Shown here piece after piece: positions 19,326-29,415 of a DNA stretch of 64,000 bases. A model generated the notes under the pieces. The model was not told where the DNA came from and did no database searches. It saw nothing but the letters and a program-made list of their open reading frames with translations. Origin of the DNA: Bacilli bacterium (GTDB lineage: Bacteria > Bacillota_I > Bacilli_A > RFN20 > CAG-826); the NCBI GenBank assembly GCA_045628045.1, contig JAZQOV010000003.1, forward strand, positions 32,001 through 96,000, read 5' to 3'. Numbering within the stretch: position 1 is the first letter of the stretch; each line of letters begins with the position of its first letter. A program made the position numbers and the translations under genes.

Positions 19326-20460
19326 ATTTATCAATTCTTACATTGTCTCGATAAACTTCATCAATTGTACCAGAGGCAATTAGTAATCCATCTTTATTAT
19401 AGAAGACAGCTTCTTGACCTGTTGTGACTGCTTTGTAGTAATCATATTCGCAGATAATTTTGCCATCTTCCAGTCTAATTACAGCTGGATGATCAGGCTG
19501 TCTATATCTAAATTTTGCACCAACTTCTTGTGGAAATTTTTCATCCTTGTTAATGATGTTAAGTTTAGTTACAACGCACTTATTGGACATCAAGTATTTT
19601 TGAGTGTCCCCACGTGTCACATAAAGAATGTTTTTCTTTGCATCTTTTTTCACTATAAACCAACCAGAAGCGGTTTCACCGCTTATGCCACCAATTCCAA
19701 GTCCTTTATGTTGACCAATTGTGTAATAGAAAACACCTTTGTGTTCTCCAATTACTTTTCCTGTATCAATGTCAATTATTTGTCCTTTTTGAGCCGGAAT
19801 ATAGTTCTTTAAAAATTCTCTAAAGTTTCTTTCACCAATAAAACAAACGCCTGTAGAATCTTTTTTGTCCATAACTGATTCTAAATCGAGTTCATGAGCA
19901 ATTCTTCTAACTTCAGTTTTATCAATATCTCCAAGCGGGAATAAACATGATTTAATTTGTTCTTCATTAATTTGAGAAAGGAAATAAGTTTGGTCTTTGT
20001 TTTGGTCATAACATTTTTCCAAATAAAAATGACCATCTTTTTCAACTCTTTTTGCATAATGACCCATTGCAATTAAATCGAAACCATTCTTCTTTGCAAA
20101 CTCTAAAAATGCATCAAATTTGATGTATTTATTGCACAAAATATCTGGGTTTGGAGTTCTTCCAGATTCATATTCGCTAATAAAGAAACTAAAAACGTTA
20201 TCCCAATACTCTTTTATGAAATCAACTCTTAAGAGTTTTATTCCAAGTTTTTCTGCTACTTTTTGAGCATCTTGATAATCTTTTTCTTGAGGACAACGAT
20301 CATCATTAATTGTAGGGTTTCCTAAATAATCGCCATTTGCCATAGCGTCCCAGTTACGCATAAAGCATGCAGTAACATCATAACCATCTTTCTTTAAAAG
20401 ATAAGCTGCGATTGCTGAGTCAACACCACCACTTAATCCAACAAGAACTTTTTTACTCAT
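19324..20460 (-). CDS. mnmA: tRNA 2-thiouridine synthase MnmA
   Basis: GLSGGVDS, TPNPDILCN, KDQTYFL, KKDSTGVCFIGER and YTIGQ. Confidence 0.97.
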   Translation of the reverse strand: MSKKVLVGLSGGVDSAIAAYLLKKDGYDVTACFMRNWDAMANGDYLGNPTINDDRCPQEKDYQDAQKVAEKLGIKLLRVDFIKEYWDNVFSFFISEYESGRTPNPDILCNKYIKFDAFLEFAKKNGFDLIAMGHYAKRVEKDGHFYLEKCYDQNKDQTYFLSQINEEQIKSCLFPLGDIDKTEVRRIAHELDLESVMDKKDSTGVCFIGERNFREFLKNYIPAQKGQIIDIDTGKVIGEHKGVFYYTIGQHKGLGIGGISGETASGWFIVKKDAKKNILYVTRGDTQKYLMSNKCVVTKLNIINKDEKFPQEVGAKFRYRQPDHPAVIRLEDGKIICEYDYYKAVTTGQEAVFYNKDGLLIASGTIDEVYRDNVRIDK

Positions 20461-20909
20461 AAACCAAGTTCCTCCGAATCTAAAATTGTGGTAAACGGAC
20501 CATTATTTTCTAAATCAATCTTCATATCTGCACCAAAAACACCAGTTTCAACTTTAAAACCCGCATTTCTAAGGCAGACATTGAAATAATCATAAAGTTT
20601 TGTAGCTTCTTCAGGACGCATTGCATTTACAAAACTTGGGCGTCTTCCATCTTTTACAGAAGCATAAAGTGTGAATTGAGAAATAGAAAGAATTGAACCA
20701 TCAATATCTTTTAATGAAAGGTTTGTTTTTCCGTTTTCGTCATCAAATAGTCTCAAAGAGACTAACTTATTAACCATTCTTTCAACTCTTTCTTTTGAAT
20801 CATCATGTGTAAATCCGACAAAAAGACAAAAACCGCGGGAGATTTCTCCCACGATTTTTTTATCTATTGTGCAACTTGCACGGTTTACATTTTGAATGAT
20901 TACTCTCAT
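20457..20909 (-). CDS. dtd: D-aminoacyl-tRNA deacylase
   Basis: SQFTL, GRRPSF and NNGPFT. Confidence 0.95.
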   Translation of the reverse strand: MRVIIQNVNRASCTIDKKIVGEISRGFCLFVGFTHDDSKERVERMVNKLVSLRLFDDENGKTNLSLKDIDGSILSISQFTLYASVKDGRRPSFVNAMRPEEATKLYDYFNVCLRNAGFKVETGVFGADMKIDLENNGPFTTILDSEELGL

Positions 20910-22213
20910 TATCCTTTAATGTAGTCGTGAACAGTTGGAGGATATTCTACGAATCCATCAACGATAGTGAATGCATTTTCAATATCTTTGAGAATTTGTG
21001 CATACTCTTCCTTGTTTGTATAAACAGTACATAAGACATCGCCTTTAGCAACTTTGTCTCCGACTTTCTTGCTTAAGACAATACCTGCTGACATATCGAT
21101 AACATCATCAAATGTTTCTCTACCAGCACCTAAGCGCATAGCGCTTTCGCCAATTTCAAGAGCAACAATTTGTTTAATATAACCTGGTTTTGAAGCTTTA
21201 ATTTCAATAACATTCTTTGAAACTGGGAATTTTTCTGGGTGATCAATATAGCTTACATCACCACCTTGAGCAATAACCATTTGTCTGAATTTTTCAAAGG
21301 CTGAACCATCTTCAACAACTTTGTGGAGCATAGCAAGACCTTCTTTTTCGTCTTTGACGATTCCTGCTTGTTCAAGCATAATTGCGCCTGATTGATAACA
21401 AAGATCTTGGAAATCTTTTGGACCATGTCCATGAAGTGTGTCAATTGCTTCCTTGACTTCAAGGGAATTACCAACTGCATGTCCAAGTGGTTGTTCCATG
21501 CTTGTTAAAACTGCACGTGTATCACGATTGAGCGAATTACCAATTGCGCACATAATTTTTGCAAGTTTCTTTGCATCTTCTCTAGTTTTCATAAATGCAC
21601 CATTACCAAACTTAACGTCAAGTAAAATACAATCAGAACCAGAAGCAAGCTTCTTGGACATAACAGATGAAGCAATTAATGGAATTGATTCAACTGTTCC
21701 TGTAACGTCACGAAGTGCGTAAAGTTTCTTGTCTGCTGGAACTAAAGTTCCAGTTTGGCCAGCAATAGCAACGCCATTGCTCTTTAAAATTTCCATGAAC
21801 TTCTCTTGTTCCATGAAAACATTTAAACCTGGGATTGACTCTAATTTATCAAGAGTTCCACCTGTGTGGCCTAAGCCACGACCTGACATTTTTGCGACAA
21901 CAGCGCCACAAGCAGCAACCATTGGACCAAGGGCTAATGAAGTCTTGTCTCCAACACCACCTGTTGAGTGTTTGTCAACTTTTTTGCCAGGAATTGAGCT
22001 TAAATCCATGACATCACCGCTATGTTCCATACGGTCTGTTAAATGAACGATTTCGTCATTGTTCATACCTTTAAAAACAATAGCCATCAATAATGATGAA
22101 ACTTGGTAATCAGGGATTTTTCCTTCGACATATCCATCAATGAAAAAATCGATTTCTTCATTGGTTAATACGCCGCCATCTCTTTTCTTTGTAATAATAT
22201 CTACCATTCTCAT
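20909..22213 (-). CDS. pdp: Pyrimidine-nucleoside phosphorylase
   Basis: DKHSTGGVGDK and KMSGRGLGHTGGTLDKLES. Confidence 0.96.
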   Translation of the reverse strand: MRMVDIITKKRDGGVLTNEEIDFFIDGYVEGKIPDYQVSSLLMAIVFKGMNNDEIVHLTDRMEHSGDVMDLSSIPGKKVDKHSTGGVGDKTSLALGPMVAACGAVVAKMSGRGLGHTGGTLDKLESIPGLNVFMEQEKFMEILKSNGVAIAGQTGTLVPADKKLYALRDVTGTVESIPLIASSVMSKKLASGSDCILLDVKFGNGAFMKTREDAKKLAKIMCAIGNSLNRDTRAVLTSMEQPLGHAVGNSLEVKEAIDTLHGHGPKDFQDLCYQSGAIMLEQAGIVKDEKEGLAMLHKVVEDGSAFEKFRQMVIAQGGDVSYIDHPEKFPVSKNVIEIKASKPGYIKQIVALEIGESAMRLGAGRETFDDVIDMSAGIVLSKKVGDKVAKGDVLCTVYTNKEEYAQILKDIENAFTIVDGFVEYPPTVHDYIKG

Positions 22214-22340
22214 AAAAATAAAACCTCATAGTAAGTATAGCACAAAGAAAATTTTTGATAAATCAAAAACTAAAAAAGATTAATGAAATTAATAATTTTA
22301 TGATTTACAATATAAATCATGCTAAGGCTTAGTAAATAAA

Positions 22341-23618
22341 ATGGACTTTGCTACTCACCTAAATAAATATTTATCAGAACAAGAAATTAACGATCTAATT
22401 TCATCTTTTTCTTTAAAAGAAAAGAAGGCTGTTTATCTTAATACTAACAAAATTTCTAGAAAAAACTTTTTATCATTGTTTCCAGATGTTAAGCCTCATC
22501 CAATTGTGGAAAATGGTTTTCTTTTTGAAAAGGATAAATATGATTTAGGAAAGAAAATTTACCACGAGCAAGGGGCTTATTATATTCAAGAACCTTCTGC
22601 AATGCTTGTCGCAAATTTTTTAAATGCAAAACCAGGAGATGTCGTCTTAGATTTGTGTGCTGCTCCAGGTGGCAAAACTGTTCAAACTGCATTAAAAATG
22701 CAGAATGAAGGACTAATTATCGCGAATGATTTGTCAAAACAAAGAGCAAATATTCTTCTTAGTAATGTTGAAAGAATGGGGTTATCTAATGTTGTTGTGA
22801 CCTCACTTGATTTTGAAAATCACAAAAATAAATTTATTAATTTTTTCGACAAAATAATTCTTGATGCACCATGTTCAGGATCTGGAATGTTTAGAAAATC
22901 TAGTGAAATGAAAGATGACTGGACCTATGAAAAAGTAATTAAGAATTCATTAGTTCAGAAAGATTTAATTTTAATGTGTTATGAAATGCTTAAGGAAGGC
23001 GGCACTTTAGTGTACTCCACTTGTTCATACTCTTATGAAGAAGATGAAGAAATCATTAAATATCTTTTAGAAAAAACGAATGCTGAATTAATAAGAATTC
23101 AAAATTTTGAAGGCGAATATAGATCAAAAGAATATCCTGAAACCGTTCATTTATTTCCAAACTTATTTGAAGGCGAAGGGCATTACATCGCCTTAGTTAA
23201 AAAGCCTGGATTACTACATGGTAGTAAACTTACGCCAATTAAAGTAGAAAGAAATGTTATAGGTAAAGGAAATTCAAAAGAAATTCAAACTTTTATTTGT
23301 CCTTCAAAACTCCCAAATAATTTTGAAGATTTAGCACTTCGTCCTGGATTATTTAAAGAGAGCAAATTAGCAGACAAAATCATTCCTTCGCACCACTACT
23401 CACACGTATCAGATGCTTCTAATTCAATTGAACTTAATAAAGAGGAAGTTATTAAATATTTAAGAGGCGAAACACTAAATAAAAAACACCCGGATGGTTT
23501 TTACTTTGTTTCATTTAACAAAGTTAATCTAGGTGTTTGTTATTCTCTTAATAATGTTTTGAAAAATTATTATCCAAAAGGATTAAGAATTAACGCGAAT
23601 ATTGACTCTAGTTTCTAA
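22341..23618 (+). CDS. RsmF/RsmB (NOL1/NOP2/Sun) rRNA m5C methyltransferase
   Basis: YYIQEPSAM, LDLCAAPGGK, DAPCSG, YSTC and C-terminal KNYYPKGLR. Confidence 0.92.
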   Translation: MDFATHLNKYLSEQEINDLISSFSLKEKKAVYLNTNKISRKNFLSLFPDVKPHPIVENGFLFEKDKYDLGKKIYHEQGAYYIQEPSAMLVANFLNAKPGDVVLDLCAAPGGKTVQTALKMQNEGLIIANDLSKQRANILLSNVERMGLSNVVVTSLDFENHKNKFINFFDKIILDAPCSGSGMFRKSSEMKDDWTYEKVIKNSLVQKDLILMCYEMLKEGGTLVYSTCSYSYEEDEEIIKYLLEKTNAELIRIQNFEGEYRSKEYPETVHLFPNLFEGEGHYIALVKKPGLLHGSKLTPIKVERNVIGKGNSKEIQTFICPSKLPNNFEDLALRPGLFKESKLADKIIPSHHYSHVSDASNSIELNKEEVIKYLRGETLNKKHPDGFYFVSFNKVNLGVCYSLNNVLKNYYPKGLRINANIDSSF

Positions 23619-24413
23619 TTCTTTAACTTTACTAGATATCTTTGAGTTTAATATAAACTCATTATCAAGTTTACGTAATTTGTCGACATTATTGTCGACT
23701 TTTTCTTTTAAAGCTATAGCAAGATCAGTTGTCTTTGCACCTTTAACTTCACTAACGTCAAGTTTTTCAAATAAATTAAAGAAGCAAGGATAACTCTTTA
23801 AATATGAATGAATACTTAGAGGTCTAAAACCACCATAAGTTGCAGCAACACAAAGTGGAACTCCAGCCATTTGAGCAATCTTTAAAGTGCCTGGGTGGAA
23901 ATCCAAACATGTATTTTCTGGATGTCTATTTCTAGTTCCCTCAATGTAAATAACTATGTTAGGTTTACTTGGATCTTTAAGATAATCTACGATTTTTCTA
24001 ATCTCGCTTAACTGGGCCATGATGTTCTCACGATCAAGTGCGAAAACCTCTAATGCTTTAGCAATTTTTCCTGCAAAAGGCATTTTATAAGTTTCTTTCT
24101 TAACAACAAATGAAACTGGTTTTTCGCTATTCACAACGATAAAAAGCGGATCAAAGAAAGACAAATGGTTCGATATAAGCAAAGCTTTTGTTGGCGAATT
24201 TGTAAATTTATCGAGCCCCTTAACGTCATAGACTAAATGAAATTTTGACAAAACAAAAGTTATTTCTTTACGAATGATTTTATATCTATATTCAAAAGAA
24301 TATTTTTCTGTATGTTTCGCAAATTTTATCATGTACCTAAAATGGTAATAGATAATAACTGGTCCACAGACAAGAACAATTCTAATATATTGAAATAACT
24401 TTTTAATATTCAT
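23583..24413 (-). CDS. plsC: 1-acyl-sn-glycerol-3-phosphate acyltransferase
   Basis: NHLSFFD and IEGTR motifs. Confidence 0.85.
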   Translation of the reverse strand: MNIKKLFQYIRIVLVCGPVIIYYHFRYMIKFAKHTEKYSFEYRYKIIRKEITFVLSKFHLVYDVKGLDKFTNSPTKALLISNHLSFFDPLFIVVNSEKPVSFVVKKETYKMPFAGKIAKALEVFALDRENIMAQLSEIRKIVDYLKDPSKPNIVIYIEGTRNRHPENTCLDFHPGTLKIAQMAGVPLCVAATYGGFRPLSIHSYLKSYPCFFNLFEKLDVSEVKGAKTTDLAIALKEKVDNNVDKLRKLDNEFILNSKISSKVKELETRVNIRVNS

Positions 24414-24670
24414 TATTTAAGACCTTGAAATTGTTCAACGACAAGTATTGTACCAAATTTTTCGTGGCTGTCCAAGTGCGCTTCGACTGCAATTTTAGAG
24501 CCGCTAGGCATAACTAAAAGACGTGATTTTGGTTGACCTGTCCAATTTTTCACAACGATAATTGGATTCTTTTTCATTGGATCATCGCCAAAAGGCAATT
24601 CGTATTCAAAATATCTATAATTATCGTCAATATTTTCTCTCAAAATACCAATTAAACTAACTTGATTCAT
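24413..24670 (-). CDS. Short SSB-like OB-fold protein
   Basis: MNQVSLIGIL start, W...GSKIAVEAHL pattern and GGAGGG RBS; no acidic DxPF tail. Confidence 0.55.
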   Translation of the reverse strand: MNQVSLIGILRENIDDNYRYFEYELPFGDDPMKKNPIIVVKNWTGQPKSRLLVMPSGSKIAVEAHLDSHEKFGTILVVEQFQGLK

Positions 24671-24752
24671 AACTACCCTCCGTTAATATTTTACCACATC
24701 TAAATGAACTTGATTCCCGTTTTTCATAATCAAAAAACCTTGCTTAGCAAGG

Positions 24753-27350
24753 TTAATTGTCAAATTCATCATTTTCGTCTGGAACAAGAGTTGATTGCTC
24801 AATGCTACCTTGTGGTTGTGCACCAGGGACGTAGCCAATAACTTTAGATCCTCTTGCGTCACCAGTTGGCTCAACAACGCCTTCTTCAACAAGTCTATGG
24901 AACATTTTTCCAGCTCTAGAGAAGCCCATTCCATAGGTTCTTGTAATGTAAGAAATTGAGAAGAATTCTCTATAACGAGTATCGTCTTTAATACGTTGAT
25001 AAACTTCTTCTTCAGTTTTGGATTTGTCTATAGGATCAACCTTAGGTTCATCATAATGTTTTTCTTCAACAACTGGTTCCAAATTTACAAACATTGGGTC
25101 AAATTGAGGTTGATAATGTTCTCTTAAGAAATCGCAAACTCTCATAATTTCAACTTCTGAAACATAACAACCTTGTGCACGTGGCTTCATAGTTCTAGAA
25201 ATAAGAGGGCAATCGATAAGCATATCGCCATGTCCAAGAAGCTTTTCAGCACCGCCAGTTCCAATAACTGTTTGTGAGTCAATTGCAGATGCACAGCTAA
25301 GCGCTACACGAGTAGAAACGTTTGCTTTAATTGTACCGTCAACTACGTTGACACTTGGACGTTGGGTTGCAAAGATGATATGAATACCAGCAGCACGAGC
25401 TTTTTGAGCAAGTCTAACAACTGGCTCTTTAATTTCTTTTACGTTTTCAACTAAATCTGCGTATTCATCAATAACTACCACGATGTAAGGAAGAGGTTGA
25501 AGACCAGCAGTTTTAGCAAATTTATTAAAACCAACAATATCTCTAACTTTGTTATCCTTAAATAGGTTATAACGTCTTTCCATTTCTGAAACGAGTTTGT
25601 TAAAGGCAACAAGCACCTTTTTCATATCAGAAATGACTGGACATAAAAGATGTGGAATATCATCATAATAATTCATTTCAACCTTCTTTGGGTCAACCAT
25701 GATGAACTTAAGTTCATCTGGTCTATTTCTCATAAGAAGAGTAATGATGACTGAGTGAACAAATATTGATTTACCTGAACCAGTAGTACCAGCGATAAGC
25801 ATGTGTGGGAAATCAACTAACTTAGCATGCTGTAAATCGCCCGAAATGTCTTTGCCAAAAGGAATTTCAAGTCTATTTTCTTCACCTTTTGGAAGTTCTT
25901 CCACAACTTCACGAAGGTAAACATTAGTTCTTATTTCGTTTGTAACTTCAAGACCAGAGGTAGATTTACCTGTAACAATAGGAACAAAACGTACTGCAGC
26001 ACCATTTAATCTTAATGATATATCAGTGATATATTTTTGAATTACAGTAACTGTCGAGTTAGCATTTGTTTCAACATCAAATCTTGTAACAGAAGGTCCA
26101 ACAACGTAAGAAACAACTTCGGCACCAATGCCTAAATTTCTAAATGTTGTGTTTATTGTTTCAACTCTTTGCTTACAAGATTCATCGATTGATGCTTGAT
26201 CAACATTTGATTCATTAAGGTCTAATAAATCAATACTTGGATAAATATAGTTCTTAAGAATATTAGCTTTTGGTTGAGGTCTATTCTCGTAAGGAATGCT
26301 TTCAAGCGGATCTTTTTCAATAACAGGAGGTTCATCTTCTTTTATTGGTTCTGAAATTTCTGGTTGTACTTCTACCCTTTCCATTTCTGGTTCATGATAG
26401 ACTTCTTCAGAAGTATTTTCTTCACTTATAATACTTTCAGTATTATTAATAGGTTCTTTTTCCTCAATAATTTCTTCTTCAAAATCAGGTTTTGTAAACG
26501 AATTTTCATTTGTCTCTTCAGAAGTATTTTCTTCTCCTTTTAAAACAAAGTGAGCCTTCTTTAAATCGTATTCATTATTAATTGGCGCGCTGGTGTGGAA
26601 GGACTCGAAAATAGGACGATTATCATACACAGGAGTTTCTTCTTTTTCTTCAACTACAGGAGCAGGAGTTTCCTCAACTGCAGCTTGAGGCTGAGCTTCC
26701 ATGGTTTCAATTTTTACTTCTTTGAAAACATCGTCATCACCATCTCGTTTTTTCTTGAAAAGTTTCCCAATATGGAAAACTTGAGCATTAAACACCATAA
26801 CCATCCCACCAAGAAAGAACAACCAACACACAATGTTGAGTCCAACAGGTGAAATCGCACTATTAAGTGCGCCAGCAAAAAGAAAGCCAACTTTACCACC
26901 ACCAAGTTTAATGCTTGGACCAAAGCTTGCATTTGTTTCTTTAGCAACAATATCAAACACTTCCATTGAGTTGGAGAATGTTAAATATTTAGCAGTCCCT
27001 TCTTCTGTTGTGCCTTTTCCAACAATTTCCAAACCATTAATGGTTGTTCCTATTGAGGACCAATGCGAACATAAGATAAGTAAACACAAAATTATTATGA
27101 CAAGTCCCCACATGGTAACGCCCATTTTTAATTTAATTAAGCGTTTTCGGAAAATTAAGTAAAAACCTATAATTACAAAGTAAGGCATTATTACCCAGAA
27201 TCCAACAAAACCAAATGAGTGTGTTATTGCAGTCATAAGGAAACTAAATGGAGTTCCATTTGAGAATAAAACAACAAGCGGGAAAAGGATGGAACAAATT
27301 CCACCAATGAATGATATTGAATTTTTCGTAATTCTGTATTTCTCGTTCAT
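24753..27350 (-). CDS. ftsK: DNA translocase FtsK/SpoIIIE
   Basis: N-terminal TM domain, PHMLIAGTTGSGKS, VIDEYADL, ATQRPS, GAEKLLGHGDML and gamma domain. Confidence 0.96.
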   Translation of the reverse strand: MNEKYRITKNSISFIGGICSILFPLVVLFSNGTPFSFLMTAITHSFGFVGFWVIMPYFVIIGFYLIFRKRLIKLKMGVTMWGLVIIILCLLILCSHWSSIGTTINGLEIVGKGTTEEGTAKYLTFSNSMEVFDIVAKETNASFGPSIKLGGGKVGFLFAGALNSAISPVGLNIVCWLFFLGGMVMVFNAQVFHIGKLFKKKRDGDDDVFKEVKIETMEAQPQAAVEETPAPVVEEKEETPVYDNRPIFESFHTSAPINNEYDLKKAHFVLKGEENTSEETNENSFTKPDFEEEIIEEKEPINNTESIISEENTSEEVYHEPEMERVEVQPEISEPIKEDEPPVIEKDPLESIPYENRPQPKANILKNYIYPSIDLLDLNESNVDQASIDESCKQRVETINTTFRNLGIGAEVVSYVVGPSVTRFDVETNANSTVTVIQKYITDISLRLNGAAVRFVPIVTGKSTSGLEVTNEIRTNVYLREVVEELPKGEENRLEIPFGKDISGDLQHAKLVDFPHMLIAGTTGSGKSIFVHSVIITLLMRNRPDELKFIMVDPKKVEMNYYDDIPHLLCPVISDMKKVLVAFNKLVSEMERRYNLFKDNKVRDIVGFNKFAKTAGLQPLPYIVVVIDEYADLVENVKEIKEPVVRLAQKARAAGIHIIFATQRPSVNVVDGTIKANVSTRVALSCASAIDSQTVIGTGGAEKLLGHGDMLIDCPLISRTMKPRAQGCYVSEVEIMRVCDFLREHYQPQFDPMFVNLEPVVEEKHYDEPKVDPIDKSKTEEEVYQRIKDDTRYREFFSISYITRTYGMGFSRAGKMFHRLVEEGVVEPTGDARGSKVIGYVPGAQPQGSIEQSTLVPDENDEFDN

Positions 27351-27391
27351 ATTTTTGTTATTTTATCATAATAAATAAATTAATACAAGTG

Positions 27392-29062
27392 TTAATTTAT
27401 TTCTACAATTATTGGAATAATTACTGGAGACTTATTAATAGCTCTTTTAATTGCCTTGAAACAAATGTCTTTTGTGGTTTGTTCCATATAAGCAATTGAG
27501 TAATTCTCTTTAGCGAGTTCGTTGTTTATAGATGTGACAAATAAACGTGTGATTTCACGAATAAGTCCTTCGTTATCCTTAAGGAAAACAAGGCCTCGTG
27601 CTTGAACATCTGGTCCAGCAACGATTTCGTGCTTGCTTTTCGAAATGGTCAAACCTAAAACAACAACGCCTTCGTCAGATAGTTTATTTCTTTCTTCCAA
27701 AACTTCGGACCTAACATCACCAATACCTTTGCCATCAACAAAAACATCTCCGGCAACAACTTTATTAGGTAAAAGTTTTCCAAATCCTGCTTCAAATTCG
27801 ATAATATTACCATTATCAACAATGAATACATTGTTGTGATTAAGGCCAATATTCATATTAAGTGCAACCATAGCACAAGCCAAGAGCTTAACAAATTGAG
27901 CTGTAACCGGAACTAAATATTTAGGCTTAAACATTGCGATTAAATATTTAATATCTTCTTCGCAAGCATGCATTCTGGAATATTGTTTTCCTGGCTTAAT
28001 AATGTTACATCCGGTTTTATATAATTCGTTGATTGTGTCTGTAGCAATAGTCTCAATTTCTTGAGTTATATGGCTTCCATAAATAAATGTGTCAGAGTCT
28101 TTAATAAAGACAATCTTTTCATCATTTTTTCTACTTGCTAAAAGTGAAATCTTTAGATTTAACTTTTTAGCGAATCCTGTCATAAAAATCAAAACTTCTC
28201 TTGGTCTTAAACGATTTACATCTTCGATTGTTGCTAAAGAGTCATTTTTAATATTTAAAAATCCTTCAGAGTTTAATGTATTTACAAGTTCAGATGAATT
28301 TTCATCATAACAAATAATTTTTCTCCCATTTTCAACTGCAGTATTTAAACATTGGATAACGTTAAATAAATTTAATTGGTCTACTGCAAGGAAAATGCGG
28401 CCTTCTTTTTCAAAGACATCAGGATTTAGAATTTTAAGTAATGAATAGTTTGGAGAACAATATCCAGTCTTATCAGCATTTAATGCATCAAGTAATAAGA
28501 CTAGAGTCTTCTTTTCACAAACTTTTGCGATTTTTTGCTTATCGAAAACGAATCCTTTTTCAAAGTCGTTATGCGCAACAGCGTTTGAAATATAAACAAT
28601 ATTTCCTTGATCAGTATCAATTGAAATTCCAACTGACTCAGCGAAATTAGAAGTAACTCCAAAGAAAGAAATTTTTCTATTTGCTAAAAGCAAATCTTCA
28701 TCAGTTTTAACAATTGTAATTGGTAATTTTTCATAATTAAGTTTGTTATGAACACAAAATCCTTTTAAAAAGTCATTCGTTACTCTTGTGCAATAAATTG
28801 GAGCCGGAACCTTTTCATAAATGAAAGGAAGTGCACCAAAGACTGAATCAAAACCATGAGTGAGAAAATAACCTTTAACTTTTTCCTTGTTTGCTAAAAG
28901 ATAATCATAACGAGGAATGATAAAATCAATTCCTGGATTTGTTTTATCAGGAGTTTTAAAACCAGCACCGATAACAAAAATATCGTTGTTGATTTCAATG
29001 GCGCACATATTTTTGTAAAGTTCATCTTGTCCGCCTAGAAAAATAAGTTTAATTTTATCCAT
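27392..29062 (-). CDS. Ribonuclease J, degenerate active site (J2-like)
   Basis: IFLGGQDE, PGIDFIIP and GDVFVDG.GIGDV...LEER..LS.EG. The HxHxDH motif reads THGFDSV. Confidence 0.88.
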   Translation of the reverse strand: MDKIKLIFLGGQDELYKNMCAIEINNDIFVIGAGFKTPDKTNPGIDFIIPRYDYLLANKEKVKGYFLTHGFDSVFGALPFIYEKVPAPIYCTRVTNDFLKGFCVHNKLNYEKLPITIVKTDEDLLLANRKISFFGVTSNFAESVGISIDTDQGNIVYISNAVAHNDFEKGFVFDKQKIAKVCEKKTLVLLLDALNADKTGYCSPNYSLLKILNPDVFEKEGRIFLAVDQLNLFNVIQCLNTAVENGRKIICYDENSSELVNTLNSEGFLNIKNDSLATIEDVNRLRPREVLIFMTGFAKKLNLKISLLASRKNDEKIVFIKDSDTFIYGSHITQEIETIATDTINELYKTGCNIIKPGKQYSRMHACEEDIKYLIAMFKPKYLVPVTAQFVKLLACAMVALNMNIGLNHNNVFIVDNGNIIEFEAGFGKLLPNKVVAGDVFVDGKGIGDVRSEVLEERNKLSDEGVVVLGLTISKSKHEIVAGPDVQARGLVFLKDNEGLIREITRLFVTSINNELAKENYSIAYMEQTTKDICFKAIKRAINKSPVIIPIIVEIN

Positions 29063-29067
29063 ATTTT

Positions 29068-29415
29068 CTACCTATCTACATTCTTTGTTGAAATAATGTT
29101 TACATTAGTTCCTAGAATGTTCTTAATTATAATATCACCAATCTTGATTGGTGAACTAACTTCTATTTTCTTAATTTCTTCCATTGCTTTAGAAATTAAT
29201 TCCTTTGGAATAGGACCACTAGTTTTAACAGGAAGTCTAGTTTCAACTTTTGATTTAATTCTGACAGTCGAGGTGAGCATTCTTACAGGGTGTGTTACTT
29301 CTGCTTTTGCATACATTTCGCCTCTAGGACACGTATTTCCTGTAACGACTAAATTCTCATCAATTACCAAATGACATCCACGTGGACAAGTTATACAAAT
29401 GAGTTCTTTTTTCAT
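29068..29415 (-). CDS. DUF1667 family protein
   Basis: CITCPRGC...GNTCPRG...P.R.LTSTV. Confidence 0.88.
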   Translation of the reverse strand: MKKELICITCPRGCHLVIDENLVVTGNTCPRGEMYAKAEVTHPVRMLTSTVRIKSKVETRLPVKTSGPIPKELISKAMEEIKKIEVSSPIKIGDIIIKNILGTNVNIISTKNVDR

